The notes under the pieces are model-generated. The model was not told where the DNA came from, made no database searches, and saw nothing but the letters and a program-made list of their open reading frames with translations. Both the position numbers and the translations under genes were made by a program. A stretch of 64,000 bases of DNA. Source: Phoronis australis. Taxonomy: Eukaryota; Animalia; Phoronida. The DNA is taken from the NCBI GenBank assembly GCA_002633005.1, contig NMRA01000258.1, forward strand, positions 186,001 through 250,000. The letters are read 5' to 3'. Shown in pieces: positions 24,801 through 35,543 of the stretch; within the stretch, counting starts at the first letter, position 1, and every line of letters begins with the position of its first letter.

Positions 24801-27800
24801 TCCTGCTAAGGACCTTGGTAAATTGGCCTGCCGAACTTTGTAGGCTACGCTGTGTCCAAATACCAGTAAATCCATAACAGCGAAAAAAACAAAATGAACA
24901 CGTTTTTATAAGAACCCAGTGTATTTTTAAGGGTTTTACATCGAAGTTTGATGATTTATTGGTGTTTAATGATGAATTCAAGCGATAAGCTGTCACCAGT
25001 AAACCGTGTTGTGAACTGCTGAACAGATTGCGTGTGAAACCAATTACGTCATTGGATAATTTTAACACCTCCGTCAGCCGTCAGGTGTCAGGTAACGCAA
25101 CCGAACGTGGCGCCAGTAGAACTACTCGATCTAAATTGATACAAAATAGATGATTGTTATTTGGGTGGCATGCTCCTTTGAAGTTGGTGCAATACTTTCT
25201 CAGCCGGTCGTACCGCCTCAGTTGCGAGATGAAGTGAGGCACTTCTAGCGTGAACCACTTCGTCTACTTAGGTCTAGATTCGATATATCATTATTATTTG
25301 TTTTCAATTATAAGCACTTGTTCTTTCTTCTGAATTTGTGCCACGAAATAGTGCCAGAAGTTATCCATTTACGGCATGCTTTCACACACCATAAAATGTA
25401 ACAATTTCTTAAAATGTAACAACTGTTCCATTTTAAGTCTTTGTTACATGTTACGTTGGTAAGCCCCTCCTAAAATGCAACAAGTTTTTACATTTTCGTA
25501 ATTGTTATATTTTACGTCGAATGTACTACCAAGACATGTTCCATTGTTACATTTTAGTAAACCAACGTCACATCACAAAGTAAATAACCAAACTCATGAA
25601 CAAGTGGTATATGACACATCCGGGAATATTCAAGTATTTTTGGAAGAGGAGTACCGCTTGAAAATTTGGATATCTTCAGGTACCCATTTAGAGAGTGGGC
25701 TCCGACAAAAAGTGACCCATTTATCAAGTAATTTTAGTTAAAAATTCACATTTTCGCTCAGTTCTTTTCAAGAATTTCAGAAAAGCTACTCTTTTATATA
25801 GTACTTTATCGGAAACGGCTCCATTTCGGGGAGTATTTTTTGCTGTGATAAAAAACCTTTTGGGCGGTACTTTTCGTATACCTGTTTTATGGGAATGCCA
25901 TCCGGGTTGTCACGGCATGAATTTGGCTAACCATTATCATTTTAGTAGCAGTATTACTAAAGCGAGTGCTGTTACAAAAGGATTTAAAGGGTTGCTGAGT
26001 TCAACCTTAACGATATTGTGAAAAACGTCTTGGCAGCTGTGGATGCAGAGTAGCCCTACTTTTTGGAAACGAGGATGTTGAGATAAACAAAAATCTTTAG
26101 ATGTGCGCCAACTTCAAAAATTGATAATTTCTTAACGATCGGCAAGCTCGGCATTGTTTGTAATACAACTATATCATTCTGTAGTTTGCCGCGAAGAGCT
26201 GAATTCAGGCTGTAATATTTTACATGCGACTTACATGTAAACCTGAAGATACCTGCCGTGTTATCATTTTTGTCTCTTGTTGAAAACAAAGCTGCTTTTC
26301 AAAGAACTGAGGCTCATTCCACGATGATGTGTAAGTTCAAAAATTGCTTTGAACTCTGGGGGCAGGCCATTTTCAAGAACTGATGACTGGTCAGCTATGG
26401 CTGCTTACCTGGTAACGGACATACAAAACACGCAACAATTTTATGTGGAACTGGTCCATACATTGTTTAAAGAACAAAGTCAGGGATTTGAACTACGTTT
26501 CGTTGAAAGTGAGTTGTATGGAACAAAAACAGATAACGTCGAAGTCAGCGATAGTGTTTGATATAAGCTTATTATGCGATGTAGCAAAAGGATTTTAACC
26601 AAATTCCCTTTACAACCACTAAATAAATGTTACTGACACTGAGCTGCGACACAACAAATGGCGCCTCGTGAGACACGTGTCTTCACGTCTATTCTATCCA
26701 ATATCTGTCAAAATTTATACTAAAGACAAACGAACATTGATAAAATAACCAGTTTAATATATATAGATTATTACTTGGCGAAGTCTTCATCCCCCGTTAA
26801 CTAGAGCCCGAGTGGATTTTGGAGAATTATCACCCGAGGGGCGTTAGCCCCGAGGGTGATAATTCTACAAAATCCACGAGGGCTCTAGATAAGAGGGATA
26901 TCGACTGAGAACATGTATTAATCTATTGATACCACATACTGAACGAGAAACATTGCAATGAATCGATCTACCTTTCTCGACTCGCCTCGGCTTTGTAACT
27001 ACTTTCTATGTCAGAGTCCAGGGGTCGTAGGTTGTGACCTTTTAGGAAAAGCTGAGCTATTTTTTGTCAAATAATGGTTTTACTCAGAATCAATTGAAAA
27101 TTTAATAAAATAGAAATAAAGTGAACCTATAAATTAAGGTTTGGCAACTATTTTAGCTTGCTACACATTTTATCACGCTAAGCTTCGACCGGGAAAATAT
27201 CGTCTGCTAAAATAGGTTACCACTCGTAACTTAGTATAATGCTCAAGTCAAAGGATCTCGACCACACGATACCCGCATTCAAACTGGAGATCGGTGATTT
27301 ACAAGTTAGAGAACATGAGAGAAAAATTTCACTGAATTAAAATACTGTTCTTATGGAAATTTTGCGTCTTATTTTTCATACTGTATAAATGTCGGTACAA
27401 TGCCCTTTGCTGAACATGCGATTGCTGCGCGTTCTCGTTTAAGTATTCTATTTTCACGTTCGATGACATCAGCTGCTGAGTGGTGTAGTGGTGAAGTCGG
27501 CGACTCGAAACTTTGAGGCCTGGTTCGAAACCGGCCTCGGTTACCCGCCAAAATGTTATCTCACTAGTGAGATAACTACACGGTTTTATACCACAATATT
27601 AGCCTCGAATGGCAGATACAACCGTGTAATAACCCAAAATGTTATCTCACTAGTGAGATAACTACACGGTTTTATACCAAAATATTAGCCTCGAATGGCA
27701 GATACAACCGTGTAATAACCCATAAAGTTATCTCACTAGTAAGATAACATTTTGCCGGGAAACCGAGGCCGGTTTCGAACCCGGGTCTTAAAGTTTCGAG

Positions 27801-30800
27801 TTGCCGACTTTACCACTACACCACGCAGCGACTGACGTCATCGAACGTGAAAATAGAATACTTAAATGAGCACGCGCAACAATCGCATGTTCAACAAAGG
27901 GCATTGCACCGACATTTATACGCTATGAAAAATAATATGCATAATTTCCATAAAAACGATATTTTAATTCAGTGAAATTTTTCTCTCGTGTTCTCTCACT
28001 TGTAAATCACCGATTTCCAATTTGAATACGGGTATCGTGTCGTCGGGATCCTTTGACTTGAGCATTATACTCAGTTTCTAGTGGTGAGTGGTAACCTACT
28101 TTAGCAGACGATATTTTCCAGGTCGAAGCTTAGCGTGTTAAAATGTGTAGTAAGCTATAATAGTTGCTAAACCTTAGTTTATAGATTCACTTTATTTCTA
28201 TTTTGTTCAAATTTTCAATTGGTTCTGAGTAAAAGGATTATTTGACAAAATAGCTCGGCTTTTCTTAAAAGGTCACGACCTCCGACCCCGGCCTCTGACA
28301 GAGAAAGTAGGTACAAAGCCGAGGCGAGTCGAGAAAGGTAGATCGATTCATTGCACGTTAAGTATGTGGTATAAATACGCCCCTCGGGCGATAATTCTCC
28401 AAAATCCACTCGGGCTCTAGATAAAGACTTCGCCATGTAATAATCTATATGTATTTGCCATCCGACGCAAATATTGTGGTATAAAGATATTTTATCTTTA
28501 AAAAAATATAGAACGAGAAATTGCATGTTTTTGTAGCCCGCGGGAATGGTGCGCTTCATAAGAAACTTGTCTCATACAGCGGTGAGATGTACTTCGTGAA
28601 TAGATTTTTACAGCTACATGTAGGACTGTAGACAGAATAGAACCCGTCGGTATCAGAGACTTTGATCTTGCTCCTTTTGTGTGGAACAGGGCAATTATCG
28701 CATTACCCATGACTTTAGGGCAACGGAAAACTGGCTGGAATAAGTCAAACTATGGGGTGGTTTTTCTATCAAATTGGGTTCCAAAATGAATACTCAATGA
28801 AAAATTTTATTGTGGCTGCTTTTTCCCAAAGAAATGCGATAAATATTATCCAAAATACGATGTTATTGTTTCTGTTGTGCTTACCAAGGGAAGCCTGTAT
28901 ACTGTAATGCCGGATACACACTTGGTTTACGACCTGTGAGCGCTAAGAAAAGATTGCAAGAACGCTTCAACAATAACAAACTTGTTACCTGATACTGAAA
29001 CTCTTTTCGTCTGGAGTTAAAACTGTGGGGGTATGTTTTCGAGTATACCAAGAAACCATTCATGTTAAAAACAATAGAAAGCACGTGGGGACGCATTTAT
29101 CAATTCGAGCTGGAACATTTGACAAGATATCATTCAACAATCCAAGAAAGAAGTCGTTAAGTGTGTGAACCGTTTTCTTCCGTGTGACAAATACCATGCA
29201 AACTCATGAAATATGACGTCGCTTGCGTAAAATGTAACAATGTTACTTAACTTATAAAAATGCATAAAATGTAACAACAAGCTACTTTTTTGGAGAGGCC
29301 TAGCAACTTAAACTGTAACAATGACGTAAAATGTAACAGTTACATTTACAAAATTGTTACCTTTCACGGCGTATCAATGCTTTCGTGTAATGTCACTTTC
29401 AGACAACATGTTTGACAGCAGTAAGCCGGCTACATCAAGTTCCACAAATGCCATATTAACTACTTTTCCAGCGACTTTGGACATTGCTTCAAACGCAACG
29501 CAAGTAACAACCACCACATTTTCAACAAGCCCACTGGAAACAACAGAAAGTTTAATGGACAATCAAACGACGGTATCAGTAACTACGGAAACGCCCACCA
29601 CATTTTCGACCATTTCACTTGAAACAACAGAAAGGTCCATAAGCAATCATACGACGAGACCTCAAGCTACGCAAACAACTGTCACGTATTCGAACGGCTT
29701 ACCACAAACAACTGGAAGTGCTACCAACAGTCAATCGATAAGACCAGAGACTGTAGACACGACCACTACATTTCCGATTAGTTCACCGGAACATCCTATC
29801 ACCAACCATACGACGAACCAGGAAACTACACTAACGACCACTAAATTGTCGACTAGTTCACCGGAACTAACTGAACGCTTTACCATGAACGAAACGTCGA
29901 GAGAGGACAATCCGAGAGAGACCACATTTTCAAGTGCAAGTCCCATTAGCAATGATACGACGAGACCTCAAACTGCAGAAAAGACCACTACGTATTCGAC
30001 TGGCTTACCACAAACAACTGGAAGTGTCACCACCAGACAAGAGACCGTAGTTACGACCACTACATTTTCGACTAATTCACGTAAATATTCTATCACCAAA
30101 CATAGGACAAGCCAGGAGATTGCATCTACGACCACCACATTTTCGATTAGTTCATCTGAAGCAGCTAAACGTGCGACCATCAGTGAAACAGCCAAAACAG
30201 GCACGAGCTCCACGTTCTCGACTAATTTATGGGAAAACCCGAACGTTAGTCAACCGACGAGGTCAAAGACTAACGAAACGACCACTTCATTTTCGACAAA
30301 TTCACCTAAATCGACAGAACGTCGTAACGCCAATGAACAAACGAAAACATTCTCCACGTCAATGAGCACGGGAACAGTGGTCAGATCCGAATTGGCCACG
30401 GCTATGACAGCATCTGAGAGCAAGACACAAACGACAGAAATTCCGACATCACCACATGATCAGATGACCAAATCTGCAGGAACCGCTCTCGTGACCTCTA
30501 CAACAACTTTACCTCCTTATGAAGTTACCCATGAACCATGCACGCAACAAAGTAAGTTGAGTGCGAGGCTGGGACCTGGCGCTCATTTGTTCTATTCACA
30601 AATACCCTCATGCAGTTAATAATCTTTGTAGTTCTCATTATTTAAGTGCGAACTGCCAAATTTGAGTCGAATTTTCGGACCAATGTCACATTGAGTGTGC
30701 GATAGTTTCAAGAGAAAAGGCCAAAGGCCAAATAGTACCTTGATATCACCTTCGGAGAATATTAGTTTAATCGGATTTTACTTTTTAACCGTTACCGATA

Positions 30801-33411
30801 CACGTACGCAGAACTGCCGTCGCAGGAAGTGACGAATTGCATATAATGTAGGACATTTCTGACAGAAAATTGCGTTCATTTAAGCACTTTCGCTTACATT
30901 CACCAATTTCACCAAATGAGTTTTGTCAGTTGAAAGATCTCACTAAAATATAAACATTTCGCAACTCACAGCCCTGTTTGTATTTGCTTTATTTCATTAT
31001 TAATATTTTATCTTTTTAAAGTGAGCGAGGAATCCGGTGAAACCTCATTACATATGGCGGTAATTGAGTTTGTGCCCATACTGCATGAGGCAACTGTCAC
31101 TCACTATGGTTGCTATTTTGGTGGCGTAGCACTAGAAATAAAAAAGCATACCAATTCAGGTATTTCGAAAATATTTGGTGCTGAATTGGAATGCGCTTTA
31201 CTTCGGCTTAGGTTTCGAATGAACCAACTTGCGCCCAAATCCGTTTTGCGAAGTTTTAAATTATAATGACGCGAAAAGAATATCTAGATACTAGACACCG
31301 TTTTGGCAAATTAACAGACATTACCAACGACTTCACATCCAGGTATCTAAAACACAAGAATTTTCTATAACCCTTGTGAACCCTTAAACGCTTGGAGCAA
31401 ATATTGAGAACTCTTTACAAGGTCTGCAAGTAAGTGTGACCGCTTTAGGCGCGATTCACGAAAACTGTATCAGAAAAGAACACCCACCAAGAACCGTGAG
31501 ATCCGTTCTGCAATGTAGCTAAGTATGTGTTTTTATTTGAATCCTGGTTTTATCACTCAAGTGAGGCCCGACAACAGGGTTTAGTATTCTAAATATTTCG
31601 TATGAAAGCCTGTGCTTCTCAGTACCAACTGTTTCTTAAATTTACGTGGTCAACATATTGATCTGCTCCAGTTGAACCTCTTCACGAGCAACGCCTTACA
31701 TCTCAGTTCCTTAACAAAACTACAACGGAAGATGGCCACTACAAGACTACGCATGTGACATGTGACATGAACAGTACGACCAACGTGCATATGACTGTTG
31801 TGTTCAGTTGTTCAGTCGCTGGAACCGACAAAGGTTTCATCTGGTGGGATATTTTCTGTACTGGTAAGTATCCACCTCCGCCAAGCAGGTTGATTTGTTC
31901 CTCTAATGTTAAGTTGTATGTTGAGCACTTTTAGATTAAGGTTTGAGTTTTGAGTGACTGGTGAATTCTCAGAACAAGTTAATAGGAAGTTCCGCGCCAG
32001 CCATTCGGTCGTTGGATAAATTAAAGGGACGTTTTAGCACTGGCATATTTTGGTCGAAGTCTGCACTCTTCGAGAGGATTCTAGTTGGGAACGGATTAAA
32101 AGTCAAGTTTTTGACACTTTTTTGTAACAAACAGCTGTCACGACGTGACTTTAATGAGACAATTTATAGAAACATTAGGTTTAAAAGAAAAAAATATTTA
32201 ATGAAGCTTCAACATTCAAAACCGAACATTTACACACAATAAGTTTGGTCACTGGGTAGACCACTCTCCAAGTGGCACCCCAAACTAATAATACTGAGTC
32301 GAGAGTCCATCTTATTTCACACAGTCCATGCACAGTCTTTTGTGGTCAGCATCCGACTCCATCATCTTTGTCCGCTGAATGTCCCAAGTCTCCTGTAGAC
32401 ACAAACGTTCCACTTTCTGTGAACAGCTTCTAACAAGTCTGCACTGTGTCACGGCTGGCTCTCGACTGATGTACCCAGGTCGAACATTTGAATAAACCCG
32501 GCCAACACAGCAGCTCATTTGCATATAAATGTCCCGGCAACAATTGCTGAAAAATGACGCCGGCGAAGTAACAGATTACGTTCTCAATTATCCTTTCTTT
32601 ACAACAGCCCGATTGAGGAATTAAGGTATTTTATAAGAAGTGACGTCAATTTTCAGTGGGTGTTACATATAACTGTTTTCTTTGTCAGACAATGGCAACG
32701 TAGGTCACATTAATGCCCGATTCATATCAATCATTTGCAGCTCGTCCGAGGCGAAGGAGGCCTCCAAAAGTAACCGGACCTGTGTTCCCCCGACCAAAAC
32801 GAGCTCCATACGAAGCTCCGGCGGCTGAAGTAGTTGGCGGTTTTCAACTAGTGATAGTACTCGCCATTCTTGGATTTATCGTTTTTCTGGATCTTGTTAC
32901 CATTGGTAGGAACTTGCACTTCATGCAAAGAAATCTTCGATGGACGAAAGGACATCACTCTCGTCCAAGGAGCAACAAGCGATGGGTGAAAAATGAGAAG
33001 AATGTGCAGACCATGCGAAAGACTCTTCGACGCTTAGCAGCCATAAAAGCTGGCTCAAAGCTCGACGACTTTCAAACCAAGGAAAAGACTCTTAAGCGGT
33101 TGAAATATTTGAAAGCCCATCCACAACCTAGCGAACAACCTTTGAAATGCAATAAAAACCAAGTTAGTCATAAACGCTCAGACCCTTGGATACCTGCGGA
33201 AATATGTAGACAACACCCTTTAAAACTCAATAACTGGATGGATCTCGTTCCTTTTAATGTTAAGTTAAACATAAACAGTAGACAAGCACGAAGTCGTATT
33301 GCTGGAGCAGAAGAGAAAGCTCTAGGCAGGCGTTTAGTGACGTTGTATCCAGCCTCGAAGTTGTCTTCGATGCACAAGCACAAGAGGCAGCAGAAGATTC
33401 CTGTTGTTTAG
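842..33411 (+). CDS. Gene A: spliced mosaic type-I membrane protein (SP-ShKT-TSP1-like-PAN-kringle-CTLD-WSC-mucin-sushi-like-TM-basic tail), ~1169 aa
   Basis: Exons 842-887, 2878-2991, 14706-14846, 16073-16357, 17064-17315, 17524-17704, 20482-20726, 21636-21869, 29403-30551, 31672-31863, 32741-33411. All have AG/GT boundaries and compatible phases (all introns phase 1 except the phase-2 intron inside the CTLD). They sum to 3510 nt with no internal stop. Linkage of the first two exons across the 11.7 kb TE-filled intron is the least certain part. Confidence 0.8.
1501..1564 (+). CDS. Possible alternative start exon ([22 protein letters not shown])
   Basis: ATG 1501, short hydrophobic N-terminus, AAG|GTAAGA donor in phase 1, compatible with the ShKT exon. 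Confidence 0.35.
2316..2429 (+). pseudogene. Degenerate duplicate ShKT exon
   Basis: Near-identical to 2878-2991 ([37 protein letters not shown]), but the second Cys is Ser and CATATG replaces the GT donor. Confidence 0.75.
2878..2991 (+). CDS. ShKT (ShK toxin-like) domain exon
   Basis: TAG acceptor, 114 nt, phase 1-1, [37 protein letters not shown] with the 6-Cys ShKT pattern, GTAAG donor. Confidence 0.9.
3840..5449 (+). mobile_element. Kolobok-like non-autonomous DNA transposon, family 1, copy 1
   Basis: TTAA flanks; TIRs AGGAGAATGCCATCCGA / TTGGGTGGCATGCTCTT; decayed THAP N-terminus on + (...[13 protein letters not shown]...VCG); convergent acidic ORF stub with GYQFEPEY on - (KolX-like). 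Confidence 0.8.
5454..7097 (-). mobile_element. Kolobok-like family 1, copy 2 (inverted, shares the TTAA with copy 1)
   Basis: AGGAGCATGCCACCC...GGGTGGCATTCTCCT then TTAA at 7098; reverse-complement homology to 3840-5449 throughout. Confidence 0.85.
8310..8457. mobile_element. Short MITE-like dispersed repeat (second copy ~36661-36811)
   Basis: GCGTGCGTTCA...TGAACGG imperfect TIR; shared core TGTTCTCATTTAAAATACAC(G/A)GCAATATCTCACGTAAT. Confidence 0.55.
11489..13437. mobile_element. Palindrome-rich element with a tRNA-like segment (same family as 26761-28485), split by copy A
   Basis: TTTATACCACAATATTAG...GTTATCTCACTAGTGAGATAAC at the left end; 12745-13437 is homologous to 27775-28450. Confidence 0.7.
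11598..12744 (+). mobile_element. CACAGGC-TIR non-autonomous DNA transposon, copy A
   Basis: Long TIRs (CACAGGC.CTTGGGTTTATCTGTTCCTCGATCGCAAATGACGTCACTCAATAA) and a perfect 8 bp TSD GTCGAACC at 11590-11597 and 12745-12752. Confidence 0.88.
14706..14846 (+). CDS. Gene A exon, divergent thrombospondin type-1-like module
   Basis: CAG acceptor, 141 nt, phase 1-1, [46 protein letters not shown] (W..C..C..RTR...C......ETQTC pattern), GTGAAT donor. Confidence 0.65.
16073..16357 (+). CDS. Gene A exon, PAN/apple domain
   Basis: TTTCTAG acceptor, 285 nt, phase 1-1, [16 protein letters not shown]...SCHFK motif, GTGAGT donor; paralogous to 54629-54904. Confidence 0.88.
17064..17315 (+). CDS. Gene A exon, kringle domain
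   Basis: 252 nt, phase 1-1, [35 protein letters not shown]...[34 protein letters not shown] with six kringle Cys. Not present in the ORF track. Confidence 0.93.
17524..17704 (+). CDS. Gene A exon, C-type lectin domain N-half
   Basis: [16 protein letters not shown]...[14 protein letters not shown]; phase 1 to phase 2, matching the next exon. Confidence 0.9.
18670..18925 (-). mobile_element. tRNA-derived SINE-like fragment
   Basis: Minus strand reads CAGCGGTAAGAGCACTAGACCGGCAATCTAGAGACCTGTGGTTTGATTCCC (A-box, anticodon-like stem, B-box), followed by a non-tRNA body. Confidence 0.5.
19100..20239 (-). mobile_element. Kolobok-like element, family 2, with THAP and KolX-like remnants
   Basis: TTAA TSD on both sides; TIRs AGGCGAAGGCAACCTTTTTTC / GAAAAAAAGTTGTCTTCGCCT. 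THAP from ATG 19974 on - ([12 protein letters not shown]...HRFP...RVCGKHF...RLKKDAIPS, two stops). Convergent + stub GGYMFEPEY. Contains N-gap 19478-19605. Confidence 0.85.
20482..20726 (+). CDS. Gene A exon, C-type lectin domain C-half
   Basis: FWLGLTD...YTWSDGS...W...HPS...W...GIICEK; phase 2 to phase 1; GTAAG donor. Confidence 0.9.
21275..21560. repeat. Minisatellite, 25 bp units arranged as a 50 bp higher-order dimer
   Basis: ACCACCGCTAGTATAGAGTTGAAAC / ACTACCGCTGGTATAATGTAAGAAT alternating, with period 50 at 21371/21421/21471. Confidence 0.85.
21636..21869 (+). CDS. Gene A exon, WSC domain
   Basis: 234 nt, phase 1-1, ACY...[28 protein letters not shown]...[11 protein letters not shown]. 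Confidence 0.85.
23606..25177 (+). mobile_element. Kolobok-like family 1, copy 3
   Basis: TTAA-AGGAGAATGCCACCCG ... GGGTGGCATGCTCCT-TTGA; colinear with 3840-5449. Confidence 0.85.
25390..25620 (-). repeat. Dispersed ~220 bp element with AAAATGTAACAA subrepeats (other copies ~35-252 and ~29183-29377 on +)
   Basis: Reverse complement matches GTGTCAGATACCAC... at position 35; the + copies end in CGGCGTATCAA. Confidence 0.65.
26761..28485. mobile_element. Foldback-like element: ~700-790 bp inverted arms around an 86 bp tandem unit
   Basis: Arms 26761-27550 and ~27745-28450 are reverse complements. GTTATCTCACTAGTGAGATAAC occurs at 27555, 27641 and 27727 (last with one mismatch). Each arm has tRNA-like A/B boxes. 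Confidence 0.8.
29403..30551 (+). CDS. Gene A exon, Thr/Ser-rich mucin stalk
   Basis: TTTCAG acceptor, 1149 nt open, phase 1-1, degenerate TTTFST repeats, ends HEPCTQQ|GTAAGT. Confidence 0.9.
31672..31863 (+). CDS. Gene A exon, juxtamembrane Cys module (sushi/CCP-like)
   Basis: 192 nt, phase 1-1, ...TTHVTCDMN...[22 protein letters not shown]|GTAAG; same length as and clearly homologous to 37904-38095. Confidence 0.88.
32741..33411 (+). CDS. Gene A terminal exon: basic linker, TM helix, basic cytoplasmic tail
   Basis: TTTGCAG acceptor; [15 protein letters not shown]...[28 protein letters not shown]; TAG at 33409-33411. Confidence 0.9.
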
Positions 33412-34230
33412 ACAGTTTACAAATTCCAACTTTGTCGCTTAAGAAGCTATCATGGTGCACATATACAAATGGTCAAAAAGGTTTGTGGGGCAGCCAGCCC
33501 TGCGTTTCGCGGAGAAGAGAACCCTGTGAAAACACAAGATTTCGCGAGATATCGCCATATATTATAAGCGAAGCACACTAGCTTCAATAGCGAGGTGCTA
33601 GCGTCTATGATAAACAGATCACCACCCATGACTGAAACAATACGTGATTTGCACTCGCACGTGCTCCCCATAGCTCAGGTTCGTAAGATAAAAGCCCTTC
33701 TAATCCAGAACCTGGAAAGTGTTTGACCCTCCAAAGAGCGCTGCTCGGGATGACCATTATCCTACAATCCATTGTGAATTTGATGTCTCTCGCTCTCGTG
33801 AAAATGTGAATTGGCAAACTCGAAATTCACTAGGGGCACTTAGCGAAACAAGGATTCTTCTCGCAGCAAATTTAAAATGCACTCATTCAGGTAGTCATGA
33901 GGCACTCAGTGTACACTTGCAAAGTGGCCGACTAAGCTACTGTGGTTCGTCGAAGCTGATGAATTAATGGAGAAAAATGTACGTAAACACAGTGTTCAGT
34001 TCACCATTCAATCCATAAGACATTGCTATCACACTTCTGCTCGTGAATTTCAAAGAACACCACGTACATTCCATTGTCTCTTTACACAAAAGCTATATTT
34101 AGTCTGTTACCCAGTCACGCCAACACATGTATTGCAATGATATTGAGTACTCAATGAACATTTCTATGATGGGTTAGTGTAAATATGGCGTGATAGTAGA
34201 TGCAAGGAAGCAAATTAGCGATAATAAGGA

Positions 34231-34358
34231 TACGTAGGTCCTTACATACGTAGGTCCTTACATACGTAGGTCCTTACATACGTAGGTCCTTACATACGTA
34301 GGTCCTTACATACGTAGGTCCTTATATACGTAGGTCCTTACATACGTAGGTCCTTACA
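34231..34358. repeat. Tandem repeat (TACGTAGGTCCTTACA) x8
   Basis: Eight near-perfect 16 bp units with no spacers. Confidence 0.95.
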
Positions 34359-35383
34359 GACAAGTCTGTACATTTAACCAAATATCTACATAACTATATT
34401 TTGAAATAAAATCTCCGTAGAATTATATATTTTTGACTGTAGGCCACGTGTCCTTGATTTTTAGGAAAATTTTGCAAAAAAGAAAGGTACCTTGACAGCA
34501 AAACGAAAGGATCGATAACATGGCCAATTTTGAAATGAATGATGTACACGTTCAGCATAAAACCTCAAAAACGCTGTTACAGTTTTCGTTTCATCAAATT
34601 GTTTCATAGAAATAAGACAAGTCCTATTTTTGTTAGTGTCTCATGCAAAGTGGAACACTTCAGAAACAATGTCCAACATCCTTTTGGATAATAGTATATA
34701 AAGCATAGTTTATGAAAGTGTCGTGTGAATCCGGTCACACATTTCTGAGGTACGATTTTTCGAAGTTGGCCAAAAGTGGATACTTTTCTAGGGTCCTACA
34801 TGTCTCTAAGGTAGGTAACTGGCCACTGATGGTACGTATATGTGTGTCTTGTTCCCCAACTTGCAATGGACATCGGACCACCCCAAACATTTTAGCGTAA
34901 TTCAGTTTACGAGTACTTCAATTAGTACCTACAAGTGTAATGTTGTCTCGGTTTCTACGGTGAACTAACAGCAACTTTGAGCAATGTACACCAACATGCC
35001 ACTTTTCAGTTTTTAAAGCTGTTCTAAACCGAGCTTTGAGTCCATCTACCGTTATAAAGCTGTTCTGAACTTGGGAGAACAAACATCTCTTTTAATGTTC
35101 AAGGCCAGGCCCAGTAATTGGATTGACCCCGCGGTTCATTTTTTTTGCGCTGAGCATGGCTTCTCGCGTTAACAAGCTGACGGCTCTTTCAAAGATCAGA
35201 AAAAAAATCATTACTACTTTGAATTAGGACAAGCTGAGTCTAGTTTATGTGACGATAAGTGGCCGAAACATAAGTTACTTTTGAATCAAAATTTAATTTT
35301 TTTGTAAAATGCGATTGATAATACCTTTAAATAAAAATAATATCGTATAAGTTTTTCACGTCATTTTTCATCGAATGTGAATC

Positions 35384-35543
35384 CAGTGGCGGATTTAGAG
35401 GGGGCCAAGGGGGCCATGTCCCCACCCCCTTAAATTCTACCGGATTCCATTTGGCTGTTTGGGGGTGCGAATGTCTGACGGGCAAAATCCTGGAAAATAT
35501 TCTGCCCTGCCCTCCCTTAACTCAAAATCCTGGATCCGCTCTG
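35384..35543. mobile_element. hAT-like MITE with a 5 bp TSD (related partial copy ends near 51074)
   Basis: CAGTGGCGGATTTAG...CTGGATCCGCTCTG, flanked by GAATC on both sides. Confidence 0.65.

Noticed and set aside
27472-27545. Functional tRNA gene
   Set aside because: A and B boxes are present, but the acceptor and anticodon stems do not pair and it is embedded in a multi-copy repeat.
27555-27748. CRISPR-like array of palindromic repeats
   Set aside because: The spacers are near-identical copies of each other, there are no cas genes, and the context is a eukaryotic intron; it is a tandem unit in a mobile element.
29354-30619. Stand-alone 421 aa ORF as a single-exon gene
   Set aside because: It starts at TTG inside a repeat; splice sites at 29403 and 30551 and homology to gene B show it is an internal exon.
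34231-34358. CRISPR array
   Set aside because: Contiguous 16 bp tandem repeat without spacers.
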